64,000 nucleotides of DNA from Perkinsela sp. CCAP 1560/9 (Eukaryota; Protista; Euglenozoa: Kinetoplastea), in contig CBFFSA010000006.1 of the NCBI GenBank assembly GCA_965644495.1, positions 310,001 through 374,000 of the forward strand, in the 5' to 3' direction. The notes under the pieces were generated by a model. The model was not told the origin of the DNA, searched no databases, and was given only the letters and a program-made list of their open reading frames with translations. The position numbers were made by a program, and so were the translations under genes. The stretch's first letter is position 1; every line of letters begins with the position of its first letter. Below, one piece after another: positions 58,763 to 64,000 of the stretch.

Positions 58763-61700
58763 ATGGCAACTCTCGAGGAGCTTCCGGAGGTAATATCGTT
58801 GCCAAAAATGGAAAACGAAATACTGCGCGCATGGAAGGAAATGGATGCTTTTAAGGTGTCTTTAAAGCAGTCCGAGAACCGTCCGATTTTTTCCTTTTAT
58901 GATGGCCCCCCATTCGCCACTGGCCTTCCGCACTATGGGCATTTTCTTGCCGGCACCATGAAGGATATGGTGTGTCGATACGCGCATCAAACAGGTCACC
59001 ATGTTGTTCGAAGATTTGGTTGGGATTGTCATGGCTTACCGATTGAATTTGAAATAGAAAAGTCTCTAGGTATTAAGTCCAAAGCTGAAATAGAAGAAAT
59101 GGGCATCAAAGACTATAATGCCGCATGTCGCGCAATAGTTATGCGTTACGCTGCACAATGGGAGCAACAAGTGACACGTATGGGGCGATGGATGGATTTC
59201 GAGCATGATTACAAAACAATGCAAACATCGTACATGGAGTCTGTATGGTGGGTGTTCGCAGAATTGTGGCGAAAAGGTTTGGTGTACCGAGGATTTAAAG
59301 TGATGCCTTACAGCACAGGATGTACGACCCCTTTGAGTAATTTTGAGGCAAATATGAACTATAAAGAGGTATCCGATCCTAGTGCCTATGTGACGTTTCC
59401 TATTGAGAACTTTTCCACATGTGAAAAGGAATCGTTTCCTATATCAAAACGTATCAATCTTCTTGCTTGGACAACAACCCCGTGGACGTTGCCTTCGAAT
59501 CTAATGCTATGCGTCCATCCTGACGTGGAATATGTGTTATTCGAAATCAAGAATCCGGAAAATCACGATTCTGCATTGGAAATAAGTAACCGGAGTCCTC
59601 AAATATATGTGGCTGCTAAATTGCTCCTTGCTTCTGTACTTCGGATTGTTTTCTCCGCCGAGGTTGATGATGCGAACATTATGGCAACGTTTCCTGGTTC
59701 CAAACTTGAAGGATATCGCTATGAACCACTTTTTGAGTACTTTTCCGATCCGAAAAGTGTTCGTTGGTCGGATCGCGGCGCCTTTCGCGTGGTAGTTGAT
59801 ACGTTTGTAACGCAGGAAACTGGAACCGGCATCGTTCATTGCGCACCTGGATTTGGCGAAGAAGATTTTCGCGTGGCTCAGAAATATGGAATCGTAAGCG
59901 TTGGTGGTGATTCAAACCCTACACAAGCCGGGGGCAAGGAAAGGGAAGAATTAACAAATGAGATACCTTGTGCAATACAAGACACAGTAATTGTTTGCCC
60001 AGTCGACGACAGCGGGTGCTTCACCGATGAAGTCCCCGACTTTAGAGGTGTGTATTGCAAAGACGCTGACAACGATATCTTAAAGATACTAAAGCGTAAA
60101 GGTCGATTACTGCACAAGGGGGCCATAGTACACTCGTATCCTTTTTGCTGGCGTAGCGAAACCCCTTTGCTGTACAAGGCAGTATCTTCTTGGTTCATTA
60201 ATGTTCGAGCCTTGAAGCCCCGCTTGATTGCCAATACACTTCAAAGTCGTTGGGTTCCTGATTTTGTTCGAACGAAGCGGTTTATGAATTGGCTTGAAGA
60301 AGCGCAAGATTGGGCGGTAAGTCGTAGTCGGTACTGGGGAACACCTCTTCCACTATGGGTGAGTTCAGATGGAAAAGAGCTTCGCTGTATTGGAAGTATT
60401 GAGGAACTCAGGAGTGCGTTGAAGTCCAAACACGCTCTAAAGAATGCGAACAATTTAGATGACTTACATCGAGAGTATGTGGATCAATTAGAAATTCCAA
60501 GTGCCCGAGGAAACGAATATCCTCCACTCCGACGCGTTAAAGAAGTATTCGATTGCTGGTTTGAGAGCGGGTCCATGCCGTATGCTCAAGTGCATTACCC
60601 GTTCGAAAATAAAAAGGTTTTTAAGAACAGCTTTCCAGCCGATTTTATAGCAGAAGGTTTGGACCAAACTCGAGGGTGGTTCTATACGCTTCTAGTTTTG
60701 TCTACTGCGTTATTTGATAAGCCAGCGTTTCAGAATTTGATAGCTAATGGCCTTGTACTAGCAGAGGACGGTAAGAAAATGTCAAAGCGGCTGAAAAACT
60801 ATCCGGACCCCATGAAAGTTATAGAGAATCATGGTGCTGATGCACTGCGCCTTTATCTAATCAACAGCCCTGTAGTTCGTGCGGAACCGCTACGATTTAG
60901 AGAATCTGGTGTAAAGGAGATTGTTCGAGAAGTTTTCTTACCTTTGCTACACGCGGTGAAATTTTTCTTGCAGAACGTGAATGCCTTTTGGTCTCGCACG
61001 TGTAACTCTCAGAATAAAATCAGTTGTAGCATCCAGAAATTTCTCCCTTGGGAAACATTGCAGTCAAGTAACATCATGGATCGTTGGATTAAAAGTGAGA
61101 CGCAGAGCCTAATCTCTTTTGTTCACGCAGAAATGGAAGGCTATCGACTGTACTCAGTTGTGCCGGAACTGGTTCATTTTCTGAACAATCTGACCAATTG
61201 GTATGTGCGAATGAACCGAAGACGCATAAAGGGATTAGTCGGCGTCACCGAGCAGCGTAATTCATTATGCACGTTGTTTCAGGTGCTGTGGAGCACGTGT
61301 CGCATTATGGCCCCTTTCGCACCTTTCACAGCAGAAATTATCTATCAAAAATTGCTGCCCTTACTGCCAAAGGCCAATAAAAGCTCCATGTATGGAGAAG
61401 AAAAGCCGGGCATGCGTTCACAGTTACGTTCCTTGTGGAAGCGCCTCACACAATTCTTTACACTACAGCTCCTGAAAAAAAGTCAAGAACGCTCAAGTAT
61501 TCATCACATAATGCTTCCTTCATGGGATAAAACACAAGTTAATACCGATGTTGAAAAATCTGTTCGTCAAATGCAGAAGGTTGTTGAAATGATTCGCACA
61601 CTTCGAGATCAAAACGGTGTGCCTTTAAGAAATGCCTTGCGGCGGGCGGTAATATGTCACCCAGAAGCTGAAGTGCGCAAAATCATCGATGAATTGCAAA

Positions 61701-62326
61701 GTTATGTATGCAGTGAGGGAAACTTGTTTGAAATTACTACTGGTCCTCCAGACACGTATTGTGTCCCGCGCATTGAACCGAATCTTGCTACTTTGGGAAA
61801 GAGACTTCGAAAAAAGGCTGCCAATGTTGCAACTGAAATAAGCAACCTTCCTGATGTAATGTCTCGACAACTTTTAGAGGTAGGAATGCTACATCTCCCT
61901 CAAAGTGGATTACAAATAACGCTAGAGGACGTGAAGGTGAAATACGAGTTACGCCCGGATAGTGAGCACGCCAATAAAAAATGTGTTATCATGCGAGAGC
62001 CACGTGGTTTGATTATTTGTCTGGATTTGACACAAGACGGAAATACGATAGGAGTCGGCATGGCCAGAATTTTTGTGTCACACGTACAGCAAATTCGTAA
62101 ACGCCGTGGTCTCCGTATAGAAGATGAAATCGTGGTAGAATATTACACAACCTCTTCGCTGCTGAAAAACGTCTTTCGCGATTATGCTCATGTTGTAAAC
62201 GGTACGATAAAAGTTCCGTGGGGCCCAGCCGTGCAAGGCAGCAACAAGGCTAAAATGATTGGATCAGAAGATCTCGCAATAGGAGACGAGGCCATAACAA
62301 TTAGTCTGTATTGGCCCAGTAGATAA
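58763..62326 (+). CDS. IARS: Isoleucyl-tRNA synthetase (eukaryotic cytosolic type)
   Basis: FYDGPPFATGLPHYGH, GWDCHGLP, WTTTPWTLPSN, FIAEGLDQTRGWFY, KMSKR. First ATG is at 58763. Confidence 0.97.
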   Translation: MATLEELPEVISLPKMENEILRAWKEMDAFKVSLKQSENRPIFSFYDGPPFATGLPHYGHFLAGTMKDMVCRYAHQTGHHVVRRFGWDCHGLPIEFEIEKSLGIKSKAEIEEMGIKDYNAACRAIVMRYAAQWEQQVTRMGRWMDFEHDYKTMQTSYMESVWWVFAELWRKGLVYRGFKVMPYSTGCTTPLSNFEANMNYKEVSDPSAYVTFPIENFSTCEKESFPISKRINLLAWTTTPWTLPSNLMLCVHPDVEYVLFEIKNPENHDSALEISNRSPQIYVAAKLLLASVLRIVFSAEVDDANIMATFPGSKLEGYRYEPLFEYFSDPKSVRWSDRGAFRVVVDTFVTQETGTGIVHCAPGFGEEDFRVAQKYGIVSVGGDSNPTQAGGKEREELTNEIPCAIQDTVIVCPVDDSGCFTDEVPDFRGVYCKDADNDILKILKRKGRLLHKGAIVHSYPFCWRSETPLLYKAVSSWFINVRALKPRLIANTLQSRWVPDFVRTKRFMNWLEEAQDWAVSRSRYWGTPLPLWVSSDGKELRCIGSIEELRSALKSKHALKNANNLDDLHREYVDQLEIPSARGNEYPPLRRVKEVFDCWFESGSMPYAQVHYPFENKKVFKNSFPADFIAEGLDQTRGWFYTLLVLSTALFDKPAFQNLIANGLVLAEDGKKMSKRLKNYPDPMKVIENHGADALRLYLINSPVVRAEPLRFRESGVKEIVREVFLPLLHAVKFFLQNVNAFWSRTCNSQNKISCSIQKFLPWETLQSSNIMDRWIKSETQSLISFVHAEMEGYRLYSVVPELVHFLNNLTNWYVRMNRRRIKGLVGVTEQRNSLCTLFQVLWSTCRIMAPFAPFTAEIIYQKLLPLLPKANKSSMYGEEKPGMRSQLRSLWKRLTQFFTLQLLKKSQERSSIHHIMLPSWDKTQVNTDVEKSVRQMQKVVEMIRTLRDQNGVPLRNALRRAVICHPEAEVRKIIDELQSYVCSEGNLFEITTGPPDTYCVPRIEPNLATLGKRLRKKAANVATEISNLPDVMSRQLLEVGMLHLPQSGLQITLEDVKVKYELRPDSEHANKKCVIMREPRGLIICLDLTQDGNTIGVGMARIFVSHVQQIRKRRGLRIEDEIVVEYYTTSSLLKNVFRDYAHVVNGTIKVPWGPAVQGSNKAKMIGSEDLAIGDEAITISLYWPSR

Positions 62327-62932
62327 GATGTTAGATAAAAGTAAATTTACTCATTGACTCAATTTTTTTACGTAACAAAAACTCTGCTTTCTGATATCAA
62401 GGCGGGATGTGAGATTGCAAAGGTACGTAATTTCGATGCATTATAGTTTATGGTCCTTAAATTAGCGTGTTTTAGGCTCCTTACATTTAAACTTTGCTCA
62501 CAGTTTATCTTTACTTTCTTAGCTCAATGACGAATAATTACAATACTGTCATTGTTATTATTTTGTTAAGCCTATCTTATTGGCCAGTTCTAGTACTTTT
62601 TATTTTAGTGACTCAATACGGCTCTAATGCTGAACATCCACTCCTGAATACTAGTTCGTTACCTTACTTATGCTTCCAATTGTACGACATTGTGATTAAA
62701 AGCATGTTTTGCATACCAAATACATGGAATGTCTAAGTAAACATTTATACCTGTAGGTGCACGTTCTGTACGACTACATACGAGTAAAAATGTTGTTAAG
62801 CATCCCTCATTGTAATTAGAAAACATGTTCACTTAAGGGAATCAGGTCACATTTTTGTGGCAAATACCTCCGTACACAAATGTATACTGGGTATATAAAT
62901 CTCTCGTTTTCTACTTAACTATTGTCCTGTGA

Positions 62933-63154
62933 ATGAGTGCTCTTTTTAACTTTGAAAGTCTTCTCTACGTAGTTCTTCTTACTATCTGCGCTTCAACGTA
63001 TGCAAAATCACTGCGAAACAGTCTTTTTGAGCGAGAATCTCCACATCTTTATCAAAGGTTTCTTTACAAATGCGCTATAGTAGGTGAAAGGCTAAGTCCA
63101 TGGGTCTCTTTAGGGTGTATCCTTATGGCCATAAGAGTCTTGTTTTACCGATAG
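62933..63154 (+). CDS. TMEM167: Protein Kish (TMEM167/Ksh1)
   Basis: MSALFNFESLL.V.LL.IC..TY ... KCAIVGERLSPWVSLGCILMA. Confidence 0.92.
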   Translation: MSALFNFESLLYVVLLTICASTYAKSLRNSLFERESPHLYQRFLYKCAIVGERLSPWVSLGCILMAIRVLFYR

Positions 63155-63411
63155 CAATACCATCGGTATTACTGATACTAAGTATCGGTCAGCTTTGCTG
63201 GCCAGTAACATCATTTTAAGGTGAGTTTCGGTCGTTCGGAAGCTTTTCTTTACCCTTTTCTTCACCGCACTTCAATTTGGGTAGTTGGATATGCAAGGAT
63301 ACTTTCATGAATAGTTTACTTATCCATAAGTCCAATATGAAACACAATTTGGACATTGTTTTGCGAAATGGAGAATACCACATAGAGATTCGATAGCTAT
63401 CTTTCACTTTA

Positions 63412-64000
63412 ATGTTGGGAAGAAATTCGAGCTCTTATGAACTACTGCCCTTGGAGTGGTATCTTCGAATCATCAACCGGTCGTTGCCTGAATGTTTTGG
63501 ATCTCTATTACGAATGAGACAACGCGTACAATCGGGCAACAAATCAATGAATCACTCATATATCAAGAGTTCGTTTCGACGCGAGAGCGATCTCAGCATG
63601 CGAATTGTACTGTGGTCGTTGGGAATATTTCGTTATCAACCGTACCTGCGCTGTATATTTATGCATAACACCCTGAAAGCCTATCGAGATGGAATAAATG
63701 ATGCTTTGGCAATTGCCTTACATCTCTTGTGGGATCTTTACAATGATAATACGAATTTAATTTCCCGGTGGGAGGCGACTTGTCGTTTAACGTTAGTACA
63801 CGAAAATAATATTTCCGTTTCCTTGGGCAATTCTGAGGACGGCAGTTCATTGGTTCCGACATCGACCTTTGAGCAAGTACATGTGTCCCCAAATATCAGT
63901 GATAGAGAGGATTCATGTAGAAGCGATGAGTATTCATGTGACGCGGAAGACACCCAATCGTCAGGGATTGTCCCTTCCGAATTACCTACGCGTGCGGAAT
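63412..64000 (+). CDS. Hypothetical protein, 3'-partial (not in the ORF track)
   Basis: Frame from ATG 63412 (MLGRNSSSYELLPLEWYLR...) reads without a stop to the window end. Confidence 0.65.
   Translation, partial: MLGRNSSSYELLPLEWYLRIINRSLPECFGSLLRMRQRVQSGNKSMNHSYIKSSFRRESDLSMRIVLWSLGIFRYQPYLRCIFMHNTLKAYRDGINDALAIALHLLWDLYNDNTNLISRWEATCRLTLVHENNISVSLGNSEDGSSLVPTSTFEQVHVSPNISDREDSCRSDEYSCDAEDTQSSGIVPSELPTRAE

Noticed and set aside
63216-63953. Minus-strand ORFs suggesting a convergent strand switch at the window end
   Set aside because: A longer + strand frame from ATG 63412 runs off the window and explains most of the region; the minus ORFs are short and motif-less.
1-64000. tRNA, rRNA or spliced-leader RNA genes; alternative genetic code
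   Set aside because: No cloverleaf or T-loop context and no SL exon motif seen by eye. Conserved proteins translate full-length with the standard code.

Overview
Eukaryotic nuclear DNA from a kinetoplastid. It holds about 31 intron-less genes, all on the + strand with short intergenic spacers (one directional, polycistronic-type cluster), including the RNA-editing helicase REH2/KREH2, a kinetoplastid-type ATP synthase subunit e and uL30m. The compactness and the family of short 'L.L..LP' LRR genes suggest a Perkinsela-like lineage (inference only). Other recognisable genes: Misato, FTase/GGTase-I alpha, PRPP synthetase, ASCC3, LipB, ALADIN, CFIm25, LysRS, a MAPR/cytochrome b5-like protein, MetAP1, alpha-MPP, BCP1, a divergent Sec7 protein, V-ATPase D, a kinesin, IleRS and Kish. 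Two non-genic patterns stand out. (1) Six islands of about 0.7-1.1 kb are GC-rich and switch from a strongly C(+A)-rich left arm to a G(+T)-rich right arm. They ignore gene boundaries and reshape codons and even amino acids. This strand-symmetric signature fits bidirectional initiation sites (replication origins or internal promoters) or recombination hotspots inside the gene cluster. (2) At least two families of short MITE-like elements share TACT(A/G)TCC-type termini, iterated subterminal motifs and one central GCCGC-GAA-GCGGC hairpin. All coordinates and compositions were read by eye; no searches or computations were run.
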